Assembly (NCBI GenBank): GCA_038215615.1
Contig: JBBQQR010000007.1
Span: 1 to 64,000 of the forward strand
Source: Vulcanimicrobiales bacterium
GTDB lineage: Bacteria; Vulcanimicrobiota; Vulcanimicrobiia; Vulcanimicrobiales; Vulcanimicrobiaceae
Direction of reading: 5' to 3'
DNA: 64,000 nt
Shown here: piece by piece, positions 36,330 through 46,554 of the stretch
How the letters are laid out: each line of letters begins with the position of its first letter
Numbering within the stretch: position 1 is the stretch's first letter
The notes under the pieces: model-generated
The model's database searches: none
What the model saw: the letters and a program-made list of their open reading frames with translations, nothing else
What the model was told of the DNA's origin: nothing
Program-made: the position numbers and the translations under genes

Positions 36330-38486
36330 TTAGAGCTTCTCCAACGGAGCGTATTTCAGCATAACCATTTTCTGCCCGACGTTGGGAAAGTCGATCGTGA
36401 CCAGACCGTCTCCGCCCGCGCCGATGACACCGGAGATCTTGCCCTCGCCCCATTTGGGATGGCGGACCCGATCGCCCGATTGCAGATTCATCTTGATGCC
36501 GGCGCCCGCCGATTCGTGAATCGCGACCTCGCGCCAGCGCCCACCCGAAGGCCGGGGCAGGGCGATGCTGCCGAGCATTTCAATGTTGGGCATCTCTTCG
36601 AGAAAACGCGACTTCGGATGCGCGAACGTATTGCCGTACAGCGTGCGGCGTTCCGCATATGACAGAAAGAGCCGGTTCATGGCGCGCGTCACGCCGACGT
36701 AGGCCAGACGGCGCTCTTCTTCGAGCTCGGTCATATCGACCAGGGCGCGCGAGTGCGGGAAGACGCCCTCTTCCAAGCCGGTCAAGAAGACGTTCGGAAA
36801 CTCCAAGCCCTTGGCGGAGTGCATCGTCATCATGGTGATGTATGATGCCGAATCGTCGAGCGTGTCGAGGTCGCTGATCAAAGCGACGTTCGCAAGAAAA
36901 CCCGCCAGCGTCGCTTCCGGTTCGTTCGACTCATACTCGCGGGCAACGCCCACCAGTTCTTCGAGATTTTCCATGCGCGTGCGCGAATCGGGAGTATCCT
37001 CGTTGCGCAGCTCGCGCAAGTAGCCCGACTCTTCCATGACCGCGACCAGCAGGTCGGAAATTGTAAATTCACCCAGTCGCGAACGCAGCGACTCGATCAG
37101 CTCCGCGAAGCGCTCGAGCTCGCGCGTCTTCTTAGGAACGGCCTTCTTCAGCAGCTCTTTATCGAAAATCGCCTGACCGACGGGGACTTTCGCGGCGTCG
37201 GCGGCGGTGACGAGGCTGGCTAGAGTTTGTGACCCGATACTGCGGCGCGGCACGTTGACGATCCGCTTGAACGCAATCGCATCCGAGGGATTATCGATGT
37301 AACGCAGATAGGCGATAACGTCTTTGATCTCGGTGCGCGCGTAGTATCCAACGCCGCCGATGACGCGGTACGGAATGCCTTCGGCGATAAACGCTTCTTC
37401 GAACACGCGTGACTGGGCGTTGGTCCGATAGAGCGCCAAAAAGTCGCTGTACGAAGCGCCTTCGCGAACGAGCTCTTTAACTTTCTCAACAACGTACCGC
37501 GCTTCAGAGCGCTCCGTGTCTGCGGCGAACGCGGTAATCGGCTCGCCCGCGTCGCGGCTCGTGAAGAGCTTTTTCGGAGCACGGGTCTTGTTGTTGGCAA
37601 CCAGCGCATTGGCCGCGTCGAGAATCGTCTGCGTGCTTCGGTAATTTTCTTCCAGCGTGAAGACTTTGGCGCCCGGAAAATCGTCTTCGAACCGCAGGAT
37701 CATTTTGTAGTCGCTGCCGCGCCAAGAATAGATCGACTGGTCGTCGTCGCCGACGACCGTCACGTTGCGGTGCTTTTCGCCCAAAATCGCGATCAGTTTG
37801 TATTGCGCGAAGTTGACGTCTTGGTATTCGTCGACCATGACGTAGCGAAAACGGTTCTGCCATTTCGTGCGCGCGGTTTCGTCTTTTTCGAAAAGGTCGA
37901 TCGTGCGAACGATCAGATCGTCGAAATCCAGACTGTTCGATTCCGAGAGCCTGCGCTGATACTCTTGGTAGACGTTCGCGTAGCGCTCGCCCAAAAACGA
38001 CGTGTTGCGCTCGTGGTATTCTTTCGGCCAGACCAACGCGTTCTTTGCCTTGCTGATCTCCGCCAGGCATGCGCCCGGCGTGGTCTGGCGTTCGTCGTAG
38101 TCGAGGTCGGTTAAGATCTCTCGGACGACTGTGCGTTGATCGGCGTCATCGATGATCGCAAAGTTCGATGCGATTCCCGCGCGCGAACCTTCGCGGCGCA
38201 AGATGCGCACGCACATCGAGTGAAACGTACCGACCCACAGGTCGCGCGCGGGCGCGCCGACCATGCGTTCCAAGCGCGTCTTCATTTCGCCGGCGGCTTT
38301 GTTCGTAAAGGTCACCGCGAGAATTTGATCCGGCGAAACCTCGAGCTCGTCGAGCAGATACGCGATGCGGTGCGTCAGGACGCGGGTTTTTCCGCTGCCT
38401 GCACCGGCAAAAATCAAACACGGGCCATTGGTATGTCGGACGGCGGCCGACTGGACGCCGTTGAGAACATCGGTTTCCAGGATCAT
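36330..38486 (-). CDS. pcrA: ATP-dependent DNA helicase PcrA/UvrD
   Basis: AGAGSGKTRVL, TFTNKAA, VDEYQD, VGDDDQSIYSWRG, LEENYRST, LYRTNAQSR, HSAKGLEF, EEERRLAYVGVTRA, Tudor-like C-terminus (RVRHPKWG). Confidence 0.97.
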   Translation of the reverse strand: MILETDVLNGVQSAAVRHTNGPCLIFAGAGSGKTRVLTHRIAYLLDELEVSPDQILAVTFTNKAAGEMKTRLERMVGAPARDLWVGTFHSMCVRILRREGSRAGIASNFAIIDDADQRTVVREILTDLDYDERQTTPGACLAEISKAKNALVWPKEYHERNTSFLGERYANVYQEYQRRLSESNSLDFDDLIVRTIDLFEKDETARTKWQNRFRYVMVDEYQDVNFAQYKLIAILGEKHRNVTVVGDDDQSIYSWRGSDYKMILRFEDDFPGAKVFTLEENYRSTQTILDAANALVANNKTRAPKKLFTSRDAGEPITAFAADTERSEARYVVEKVKELVREGASYSDFLALYRTNAQSRVFEEAFIAEGIPYRVIGGVGYYARTEIKDVIAYLRYIDNPSDAIAFKRIVNVPRRSIGSQTLASLVTAADAAKVPVGQAIFDKELLKKAVPKKTRELERFAELIESLRSRLGEFTISDLLVAVMEESGYLRELRNEDTPDSRTRMENLEELVGVAREYESNEPEATLAGFLANVALISDLDTLDDSASYITMMTMHSAKGLEFPNVFLTGLEEGVFPHSRALVDMTELEEERRLAYVGVTRAMNRLFLSYAERRTLYGNTFAHPKSRFLEEMPNIEMLGSIALPRPSGGRWREVAIHESAGAGIKMNLQSGDRVRHPKWGEGKISGVIGAGGDGLVTIDFPNVGQKMVMLKYAPLEKL

Positions 38487-38493
38487 TGAGTGT

Positions 38494-39612
38494 TTATTCG
38501 CCGCCTGTGGATAAAGCGCCTATAATCGCGCGTCCGGTCCCTTCTTTAGCGCCCGGTATTGCGGCCAGCGAATACGCAGCGGACAAATACGCCAGCGTCG
38601 ATTCAGCCCCCATATTAAGGTTGACGGAGTTCTCATTGAGTCCATCGAGGCAGCCGCCGCCGTTGGCCATGGCGATTGCGCGTGAGTTCCCGCCCAGGTA
38701 CCAGTCTAACCCCTGTTGAGCGGTAGCGCGAAAAGCGGCATCCCCGGTCGCGTCGTATGCGGCCAGCGCTGCGTCCACGAGCGAGACGGCTTCCAACGGC
38801 TGCTGCGAGTAGCGCGCCCGCGGCCCGCCGCGGTGATACCAGCCTTCGTTGCCGATTGGCACGAAGACGCCGTCTTCTATCGTCACTCGTTGATAAAATG
38901 CTAGACTGCGCAATCCGATCGCTTTGAGATTTTCGTCGCCCAGCGCCGCCCCCGCGCGCACCATTGCTTCGGGCAAGCGCGCATTATCATAGGTCATGAC
39001 GCCCTCGAACCATTCCCAATCGGGAGCGCACGTCGTTTCGAAACGCTGTTTCAGCGCGCCGGCGAGTTTGCGCAGCGCCTCGCTGTAGGCCGGCAATTCG
39101 ATGTCGGCGATGCTCGCGTGACATGCATGCGACAACCCGATAATAGCGTAGGACTGCGCCCGGGCGTACTGCAGCCAGTCGATCGAGTTCAGTCCTTTAT
39201 TGAAGAGCCGCTTGCACAGCCGGCGCCAGGTGGCCCGAGGCGCGTAACGCATCCCGAAGCCCAGCGCCCAAAGCGCGCGACCGACTGAATCGTGCGTGCC
39301 CACACAATCGAGCCACTGCCTATCGTAGCCCATGAAATTATGGAAGCGGCCGTCAGGCAATTGCGCGTCTTGCAAAAACGCGAGGTATACCGGCGCCAGC
39401 CGCAGCGCATCGGCATCGCGCGGCTCGAGCAAGAGTTTTTGATAGACGACGATCAGCGCGCGCGCGACGTCGTCGGTACAGTACCCCGTTGCGCGATTCG
39501 GAATATCTTCCATCGCGTGCTGAATAACGCCCACGTCGTCGCTGAGCGTAATGAGGTGTTCGAGACTAGGCTGAATGAACGAGCTCCAACTCGGGCGGAG
39601 CCAATTCGGCAA
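38494..39612 (-). CDS. Glycosyltransferase-associated (alpha/alpha)-barrel / glycosidase-like protein
   Basis: HLITLSDDVGVIQHA, GYCTDDVARAL, FHNFM, GRALWALG, WFE..MTYDNARLP, QQPLE, GGCLDGL, NMGAESTL; start TTG 39612 or ATT 39576. Confidence 0.82.
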   Translation of the reverse strand: MPNWLRPSWSSFIQPSLEHLITLSDDVGVIQHAMEDIPNRATGYCTDDVARALIVVYQKLLLEPRDADALRLAPVYLAFLQDAQLPDGRFHNFMGYDRQWLDCVGTHDSVGRALWALGFGMRYAPRATWRRLCKRLFNKGLNSIDWLQYARAQSYAIIGLSHACHASIADIELPAYSEALRKLAGALKQRFETTCAPDWEWFEGVMTYDNARLPEAMVRAGAALGDENLKAIGLRSLAFYQRVTIEDGVFVPIGNEGWYHRGGPRARYSQQPLEAVSLVDAALAAYDATGDAAFRATAQQGLDWYLGGNSRAIAMANGGGCLDGLNENSVNLNMGAESTLAYLSAAYSLAAIPGAKEGTGRAIIGALSTGGE

Positions 39613-40732
39613 AAAGGCGGCCGTATTCGACGGCGACGTGTGGCCAGGTCATTTGACGGCCGAACCGATACGCGCGCCGTTCGGTCGCCCGGCGTAGCGC
39701 GTCGTCGTCGAGTAGCGCGCCGGCCAGATCGGCGATCGACTTGGCGTCACGGAACATGCACAGAAAGCCGCGGTTGTGCGCAAGCAGTTCTTGTGCGTAA
39801 AGATAGGGCGTGGAAACGATCGCTTTCCCGCAGCCGACGGCGTACGCCAGCGTGCCGCTGACGATCTGCGTCGGATTTAAGTACGGCGTCAAGTAAATGT
39901 CGGTCGCTTCCAAATAGCCGACCAATTCGTCGAACTCCAAATACTTGTCGATCAATTTTACGTTGTACTGCAGTCCATATTCGGCGACCAACGCCTGCAG
40001 CGATTCGCGATACGACTCGCCTTCGTGACGGCGCACGACTGGGTGAGTCTCGCCCAATATGAGGTAGAGCACCTCGGGGTGGCGCTTGACCACTTCGCGC
40101 ATCGCTCCGATGGCGTACTCCAGACCTTTACCGCGATTGATTAAGCCGAATGTGGAAACGACCATGCGCTGACCCACGCCGAACGACGCTTTGGCGGCGT
40201 CCGTGTCGCGGAACGGTACGTCGGGCACGCCGTGATGGATGACGCGCAGCCGTTTCGGATCGACGTCGTAGACACGCTCTAGTAGGTCGCGGCCCGTTAC
40301 GGAAAGCGCGACGACAGCACTTGCGTAGCTGCAAAGCTCTCGCGTGACGCGCAGCATCGTTTCGTCGGGTTCGGGCAAAATCGTATGCATCGTCAGCGCG
40401 ATCGGTTTTTCAATGGCGCGCAGCGCGTCGATCAGCCACTCGCCGCGTTCGCCTCCGAAAAGGCCGTACTCGTGTTGAATATTCAAAACACCGGCGGGAT
40501 GCGCGTTAACGATCGCGGCGATATCGCTATAAGATTCGCGGCGATCTTCGCGCAGCCGCGCTACGACTTCGGGCCCGTAATGGCGGACTTCGCCGCCGGG
40601 CTCGTCGATGGCGATGATTTCGGAGCTGGTTCCGTAGGCGCGGTCAAACGATTCGACCGTATCGCGCGTAAACGTGGCGATACCGCATTCGCGAGGTGGG
40701 AAGGAGCCCATGAAGAGGGTGCGCGGAACCAC
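39566..40732 (-). CDS. GT4-family glycosyltransferase
   Basis: PPRECGIATF, IQHEYGLFGG, IHHGVP, TFGLI..KGLE, G.THP, DIYLTPY, QIVSGTL.YA, STPY; AAGGAG RBS. Confidence 0.92.
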   Translation of the reverse strand: MVPRTLFMGSFPPRECGIATFTRDTVESFDRAYGTSSEIIAIDEPGGEVRHYGPEVVARLREDRRESYSDIAAIVNAHPAGVLNIQHEYGLFGGERGEWLIDALRAIEKPIALTMHTILPEPDETMLRVTRELCSYASAVVALSVTGRDLLERVYDVDPKRLRVIHHGVPDVPFRDTDAAKASFGVGQRMVVSTFGLINRGKGLEYAIGAMREVVKRHPEVLYLILGETHPVVRRHEGESYRESLQALVAEYGLQYNVKLIDKYLEFDELVGYLEATDIYLTPYLNPTQIVSGTLAYAVGCGKAIVSTPYLYAQELLAHNRGFLCMFRDAKSIADLAGALLDDDALRRATERRAYRFGRQMTWPHVAVEYGRLFAELAPPELELVHSA

Positions 40733-40950
40733 TCCATACTCCTTACACCGGCTCTCGAGGGGAACGCAAAACTTCACAGGGGGAAAGCCGGGGTACCCCT
40801 GTCAGTGGGCCTTTTATACCCGTGGATTCTCGCTTCTTAACCGTGTAAAAGCACCAAAGGTTACAAAGGCTCGTTCGCTTTGCCGGAGGACGAAGGAGGG
40901 AAACGTCGCCCCGGGGGGCCCGCCGAAGCCGGCACGTAAAGCCTGCTCGA

Positions 40951-42333
40951 GTGAAATCCTACTTTCTGCCCGTAGCGCTGATCGCGGCGGCAATCGTCAC
41001 TTTCGCCGTAACGCGCGCGCCGGCGCAAAACGCCGGGAACATTCACAAGATCCGTCACATCGTCATCATCATGCAAGAGAATCGCTCGTTCGATTCTTAT
41101 TTTGGAACGTATCCCGGTGCCGACGGTATCGTCATGAAAAACGGCCAGCCCGCCGCGTGCATCCCAAATCCGGTGATCGGATGCAGCCGGCCCTACCACG
41201 ACAGTAACGATCTCAACCAAGGCGGTCCGCACGGACATTCGCACGCAATTGCAGATATTGACGGGGGAAAGATGGACGGCTTCGCCCGCCAAGCCCGGCG
41301 CGGCCGCCGCGCGTGCGCCGGAACCGACGATCCGCGTTGCGGCGGCGGTGACGTGATGGGCTATCACGACGGCGGCGAACTAGCCGGCTACTGGCGTTAT
41401 GCGCACGACTTCGTTTTGCAGGATCGGATGTTCGAGCCGAACTCGTCGTGGAGTCTGCCGCAGCATCTGTACATGGTCTCAGAATGGTCTGCCCGCTGCT
41501 CTCAACTTGGCGATCCCATGAGCTGCACGGACGAAGTGCAGAATCCCGATCTTCCGCCTGATTTCGGACGCAATCCGGGCGCGCGAGCGCCAGGCCGCCC
41601 CGACTACGCGTGGACCGATCTCACGTACTTGCTTCACAAAAACCACGTCTCGTGGGCTTACTATGTGATGAGCGGTACTGAACCCGATTGCCGCAACGAT
41701 ACCGCAAGCTGTCAATTGCGCCGGCAAAACGTGCACACGCCGGGAATCTGGAATCCGCTGCCGTCTTTCGATACCGTGAAACAAGACCGTGAGTTGGCCA
41801 ACGTGCAGGATCTGCGCAAGTTTTATGTAGCGGCAAAAAACGGAACGCTACCGAACGTCGTGTGGCTCTGCCCGGCCGGAAAATATAGCGAACATCCACC
41901 GGGACTGGTGAGCGCCGGACAAGCATACGTCACCGGCGTCATCAACGCAATCATGCAAGGCCCCGACTGGGATAGCACCGCGATCTTTGTGAGCTGGGAC
42001 GACTGGGGCGGCTTTTACGATCACGTGGCACCACCGGTCGTCGACAACGACGGCTACGGTTTGCGCGTTCCCGGTTTAGTGATCAGCCCGTACGCCCGCC
42101 GCGGCTTCATCGATCATCAGACGCTCAGCCACGACGCGTACGTCAAGTTCATCGAAGACGACTTCTTAAACGGGGCGCGCATCGACCCGAAAACCGATGG
42201 CCGCCCGGACACGCGTCCGTTCGTGCGCGAACGCTATCCTCAATTGGGCGATCTGCGCCACGACTTTGACTTCACGCAAACTCCGCGCCGCCCCGAAGTA
42301 CTTCCCGGGGGCGTTGTTTGGACGGGTAACTAG
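40951..42333 (+). CDS. Secreted phosphoesterase (phospholipase C / acid phosphatase family)
   Basis: Signal peptide; [54 protein letters not shown]. Confidence 0.93.
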   Translation: MKSYFLPVALIAAAIVTFAVTRAPAQNAGNIHKIRHIVIIMQENRSFDSYFGTYPGADGIVMKNGQPAACIPNPVIGCSRPYHDSNDLNQGGPHGHSHAIADIDGGKMDGFARQARRGRRACAGTDDPRCGGGDVMGYHDGGELAGYWRYAHDFVLQDRMFEPNSSWSLPQHLYMVSEWSARCSQLGDPMSCTDEVQNPDLPPDFGRNPGARAPGRPDYAWTDLTYLLHKNHVSWAYYVMSGTEPDCRNDTASCQLRRQNVHTPGIWNPLPSFDTVKQDRELANVQDLRKFYVAAKNGTLPNVVWLCPAGKYSEHPPGLVSAGQAYVTGVINAIMQGPDWDSTAIFVSWDDWGGFYDHVAPPVVDNDGYGLRVPGLVISPYARRGFIDHQTLSHDAYVKFIEDDFLNGARIDPKTDGRPDTRPFVRERYPQLGDLRHDFDFTQTPRRPEVLPGGVVWTGN

Positions 42334-42542
42334 CGTTGATCTAAAACGTTTACTCGCCTCTCGAACGCATCGAAGCGCAAATCGACCGAATCAAACCGCT
42401 TGTTCATACCGTAACGCAGCGTGTCGAGGCCCCGTTCGACACGGTCCACTCGCTTGGCGAGTGACGCAAATTGCATTCCCACGCCATCTCTCAGATCGAG
42501 AATGGCGCCCATGAGTTCCGCGGAGGAATATCTCTTAGTCAT
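42330..42542 (-). CDS. Small coiled-coil hypothetical protein (70 aa)
   Basis: Heptad RVDRVE..RFDSVD.RFDAFE pattern; TAGACT-N6-ATG start. Confidence 0.65.
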   Translation of the reverse strand: MTKRYSSAELMGAILDLRDGVGMQFASLAKRVDRVERGLDTLRYGMNKRFDSVDLRFDAFERRVNVLDQR

Positions 42543-42606
42543 CGGACCAGTCTAGAGTACGGCTGTTGCCGAACCGTTTCCTAGCTATTGCGAGTTCGCG
42601 CGCCGC

Positions 42607-43179
42607 TTACGGGCCGTCCTCCTCAATGTTGAGCGAAAGGTCAACTGAATTTCCTACGATGAGCGGTCCGAAGCCCATGCCCCAATCCGAGCGTTCGATG
42701 GTACCCGTTGCAGCGTAAGCGATAATCAAACGGCCGCGCGGCGATTTGCCGACGCCGACGACGCCCGCATTGAGCGTGACCGGGTGCGTTTGACCGTGCA
42801 TTGTGAGATTGCCGGCGATCGTGAAATGTTTCGGATCGGTGCCCATGATATTCGTGCTTTGGAACGTCATGTCCGGAAATGTTGCGACGTCGAAATAATG
42901 GCCTGAGCGAATATCGTTATCGCGCATCCCGTTATGCGTATCGACATTGGACGGATCCAGCTCGGCGCGTACCTCGATCGGAATTTGACTTCCCGGCGTT
43001 AGCTTTACGATGGCATTTTTTATCGGAATTGTCCCGATGACTGGAACGATGCCGAAATGCCGCGCGGTAAATTGCGCGGTTGAGTGGTTCGGATCGACGC
43101 TCCACGTTTCGGTCGCGGCGAATGCAATCGCGAACGAGGCGACGGACAGTAGCAACGTCGACGTGATGATGCGCTTCAT
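42607..43179 (-). CDS. YceI-family periplasmic lipid-binding protein
   Basis: Signal peptide; WSVDPNHS, VDT.N..RD, FDVATFP.MTF.S, GNLTMHG.T, I.RSDWG. Confidence 0.92.
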   Translation of the reverse strand: MKRIITSTLLLSVASFAIAFAATETWSVDPNHSTAQFTARHFGIVPVIGTIPIKNAIVKLTPGSQIPIEVRAELDPSNVDTHNGMRDNDIRSGHYFDVATFPDMTFQSTNIMGTDPKHFTIAGNLTMHGQTHPVTLNAGVVGVGKSPRGRLIIAYAATGTIERSDWGMGFGPLIVGNSVDLSLNIEEDGP

Positions 43180-43280
43180 CGTTCTAGTGTAAGACGCAAC
43201 TCCTGAAGTTTCCCTGAACGGGCCTGCCCGGCAGGGAGAACCAAGCGAGCCCAAAAAGTGCCATTGCCCGGAGGCTGGCG

Positions 43281-44348
43281 ATGTCACGAATACGCGGCGC
43301 CCTCTTTATCTTTCTGCTTCTTCTCTCGGCGGCTGTTTTAGGCACGCGCGCGCTCGCGCAGTTGCATTTTCCCGGGTTGCCGGGTCTTCCGCATCTCCCC
43401 GGTGCGCAACGCTTGGCTATCGACGCCGCGTCGAGACAGCTTGCACCGTACGTTCAGGCCAACACGCCGGTGAGGCTCGATTGGAGCAGCGCCTATCCGA
43501 CCGTTTCGGAACCGCCCGGCGGCGCTTTCCGGCCGGGAGCCGGCCACGCAGGTGGCGCGTTTTCGCAGCGGGTAGCGTCGCAACTCGCGCACTCGCCAAA
43601 CGGGATCGTAAACTTAACTCCCGGCGATTACGCGTTGCCCATTCGAGTCTATTGCACGGATATTCATCGTCATGCGCACCAGCCGGAAAACTATCTGGTC
43701 GGGCCGCTGCGCGGTGCGCGCGCGAGCGTCCTCACCGCGCTATATTCGAAAGTCGGCGCGGCACGCGCGCCATATCACGACGTGCAATCGCTTTCGTGGA
43801 CGCTGCAAGCCGGGACACGCTATGGCGATATGGGGCAAGGCACGCGCGCGCTCTTTGATCGGCTGATCCCGTTTATGCGATCGAAAATATTGGGCAACTT
43901 TACCGATCAGCTGCGGTCTCAATGGTCGCACTTTACGATACCGGGTCTACCATCGTTTGACAGCGCGCTTAACCAGATGGACGGCCTGGGACAAACGATT
44001 CAAACGTACCAATCGGCGCAGCAGCAGATCCTTGCAAACTCGTCGGATTTCAACGCGCTGAGCGCGCAGCTGGCGCCGGTCGATCGCAGCGGCGGGCGCA
44101 CGATGCAATCGGTCCCCTGGAGCGAAGTCGCGCCGAACATTTACATGCGTTCACCTTCGACGGGCGACTTCGGCAGCGTCGGCGAGATGGACATCCGCGT
44201 GACCGGACCGCCGGGACAAACCGTGCCGGTCCCGCTCGAATCGCAAATCCTCTATCCGCCGGGTTGTCCCAACTGTCAACCGCTCACGTACAATCCCGAA
44301 CCGACGCAACCCTCGGGCGAAGACGGTGGCGGAGGGATCCCAGGATGA
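43281..44348 (+). CDS. Secreted hypothetical protein (thioester-domain-like motifs)
   Basis: GGAGG RBS, signal peptide, VYC and VQSLSW motifs, CxxC near the C-terminus. Confidence 0.75.
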   Translation: MSRIRGALFIFLLLLSAAVLGTRALAQLHFPGLPGLPHLPGAQRLAIDAASRQLAPYVQANTPVRLDWSSAYPTVSEPPGGAFRPGAGHAGGAFSQRVASQLAHSPNGIVNLTPGDYALPIRVYCTDIHRHAHQPENYLVGPLRGARASVLTALYSKVGAARAPYHDVQSLSWTLQAGTRYGDMGQGTRALFDRLIPFMRSKILGNFTDQLRSQWSHFTIPGLPSFDSALNQMDGLGQTIQTYQSAQQQILANSSDFNALSAQLAPVDRSGGRTMQSVPWSEVAPNIYMRSPSTGDFGSVGEMDIRVTGPPGQTVPVPLESQILYPPGCPNCQPLTYNPEPTQPSGEDGGGGIPG

Positions 44349-45556
44349 AAATGCACGCGTACTTCGCTGCAGCGCTCTTTTGCGCCAGCGTGTTTCTTTC
44401 ATCCGCGGCATCGCTCGCGGCTACGCCTCCTGTGGAAATCAACGATCTCGTCGGCAGATGGCGCAGTGACAAAGATAAGAAAAAGATTGTCACAATCGTG
44501 CGCGAGGGTGACGAGCTCAAATTGCAAACGCCGCAGTACAGCGATTGGGAACCGCTAAAAATCGATGCGGCGACGAGCACGGCGCGTATTCGTTTCGAGC
44601 GCAAGACGACCGCGGATGACATCCGCAACATGAAACTCGACAATCCGGCCGACGGGCCGCCGCCGGATTCGGTCGTGGAAGCTGCGTCCGGCCTTGTAAC
44701 CGAGGGATTCACCGGCCAGCCGAAACGCAAGAGTTATTATTTTGCGAAAGAATGCGACCTCACGATGAGCGTGCGCTGGCAAGGCTTCCACATCAAATGG
44801 AACAAAGATACCGGCACGATCGAGGATCGCACGCCCCCGAAGGCGGTGAGCGAAGACTTCGCACAGATTCACTATGCTTGGCCCGATCTGCGCAAGACTG
44901 TCGTTTCAACGCAATATACGGGCTCATCAAATACCGGAACCGAAATCAATTCGTATTTCACCGAACGCCCGGCGATGGAAGTCTACGGCGAGTTCGGGGT
45001 CGCGTTGTTTAAGCCAATCTTCAAAGCCATTACGGGCGCGGTTCCGGCTGAGACGTTCTTGGGCAAGGTTGCGGAAAAACTGATCGAAACCGGCGTCGTG
45101 AAGAGCCTGCAAGGTGATTTGAAAGCCAAGGATATTGCCGCAGCCGTTGCCGGCCAAGTGCTCGACAAAGCGCTAGAACACGTAGCTGACCGCGAACCGT
45201 TCGCAACCATCAAAGCGAAACTGGACAAAGCGATCGGCGAAGATCAAGTCGAGGCAGCCGGCGGCAAGATAAAAGATAAAGCCGCCGATATGGCGGCCGA
45301 TAAGCTCACCGGGCCGGAGCGCACTCAACTCGACGAGTACTTGAAAAATCAGTGCCGTTACGATTTGGTTCAGCTCAAGCCGTACGGAATCGTAATCGGC
45401 GGCATCTCCGTTGTCGACCGTCAAACCGGGAGCGCCACCGTTTGGCTCTTTCTGAAAGATCGCGGCTCTGAACCGCGCGCCGTTATCGGCTCCACAACCG
45501 TTCCCGAAGAGGGCGAACATAAGGCCCTCGGCATCTCGTTTTCGCCTGTAAACTAA
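44345..45556 (+). CDS. Secreted hypothetical protein
   Basis: ATGA overlap with the upstream gene, signal peptide, 403-aa ORF. Confidence 0.75.
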   Translation: MKMHAYFAAALFCASVFLSSAASLAATPPVEINDLVGRWRSDKDKKKIVTIVREGDELKLQTPQYSDWEPLKIDAATSTARIRFERKTTADDIRNMKLDNPADGPPPDSVVEAASGLVTEGFTGQPKRKSYYFAKECDLTMSVRWQGFHIKWNKDTGTIEDRTPPKAVSEDFAQIHYAWPDLRKTVVSTQYTGSSNTGTEINSYFTERPAMEVYGEFGVALFKPIFKAITGAVPAETFLGKVAEKLIETGVVKSLQGDLKAKDIAAAVAGQVLDKALEHVADREPFATIKAKLDKAIGEDQVEAAGGKIKDKAADMAADKLTGPERTQLDEYLKNQCRYDLVQLKPYGIVIGGISVVDRQTGSATVWLFLKDRGSEPRAVIGSTTVPEEGEHKALGISFSPVN

Positions 45557-45569
45557 CGCGCTTCTTCGG

Positions 45570-45932
45570 CTATGTCTTGAGCTTGTGCAACGTGACGCTG
45601 TTGCCTTCGGTATCCATAATCATCGCCATGTAGCACTTCTCGGCCTCATGCTCCATCACGACGGGAATCCCGCGTTTCTTGAGATCCGAGACGGTGCCGT
45701 CGAAATCATCCACGGCAAAGAGGTTGCCGTTGCTGGGCTGAAACGGCATCATGCCGCCACCCGACCATAACCCGAACGTGGTTCCGTCGGAGAATTCATA
45801 CTCCGCGCCATTATTGTCCGGATAAACCGTCGTCGGTTCCATGCCCAGTGTGTCGCGGTAAAACGCGATCGCGCGCGCAGCATCTTTGACCATATAGGCG
45901 CTTAAATCGAGACCAGCAATTTTTGAAGCCAT
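45570..45932 (-). CDS. VOC/glyoxalase family protein
   Basis: VKDAARAIAFYRDTLG, FAVDD, DTEGN..LH; AAGGA RBS. Confidence 0.9.
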   Translation of the reverse strand: MASKIAGLDLSAYMVKDAARAIAFYRDTLGMEPTTVYPDNNGAEYEFSDGTTFGLWSGGGMMPFQPSNGNLFAVDDFDGTVSDLKKRGIPVVMEHEAEKCYMAMIMDTEGNSVTLHKLKT

Positions 45933-45941
45933 GTGTTTCCT

Positions 45942-46550
45942 TTAAGGCTCCTTGAGCCAGATTTCACGTTCGAGTGGATAAGGATTAGTCAGCGGCATTC
46001 GAGCGACGCCGCGCGCGTAGCTATTGGGGTGTCGTGCCGCCCATTCGCCGGAAATGACGGTCAGGTACTCAAAATCTTCGAATAAACTGTTCGTGCCCGT
46101 GTACACCCTCGACAGGGCGATATACTCTCGCATTCGCGACCAAGAACTGGTGACGACCCACCAATAGTTTGCCAGGAACACTTCGGGCGCAACGACGCGG
46201 TTACGAACCATTCCGCCGATGAGTTCGAAACTATTTCCGAGTGCACCGGCGGCTTCGAACAGATCCAAATATCCTTGCGGCACGTCTTCGACGGGAAGCC
46301 TTTTGGAAATCCGGTACAGGTAGCGCCGGAATTGCGGATCGTCCAGTGCGCGCGCGAGATCTCCGCCTCGCAGTAGCCTATTGGCCTTGCGGTGTTCCTC
46401 GTCTTCGAGCATGGCGCGAAACGACAGAATCGCTTCTATCAGATTTCCCGACCGCATGTGACGCAGCTGGATCACGGCCGCCACCGCCGTCCCTGCGATC
46501 ACAACGGCGGTCAGGGCTGATGAGACAGCAGTAATGGTTTCGGGTGACAT
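45942..46550 (-). CDS. N-terminal TM-anchored hypothetical protein (DUF4760-like), paralog 2
   Basis: VIAGTAVAAVIQLRHMR, DPQFR, FELIG.MVR, FEDFEYL, HP.SY..G..RMP. Confidence 0.78.
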   Translation of the reverse strand: MSPETITAVSSALTAVVIAGTAVAAVIQLRHMRSGNLIEAILSFRAMLEDEEHRKANRLLRGGDLARALDDPQFRRYLYRISKRLPVEDVPQGYLDLFEAAGALGNSFELIGGMVRNRVVAPEVFLANYWWVVTSSWSRMREYIALSRVYTGTNSLFEDFEYLTVISGEWAARHPNSYARGVARMPLTNPYPLEREIWLKEP

Positions 46551-46554
46551 GCGC

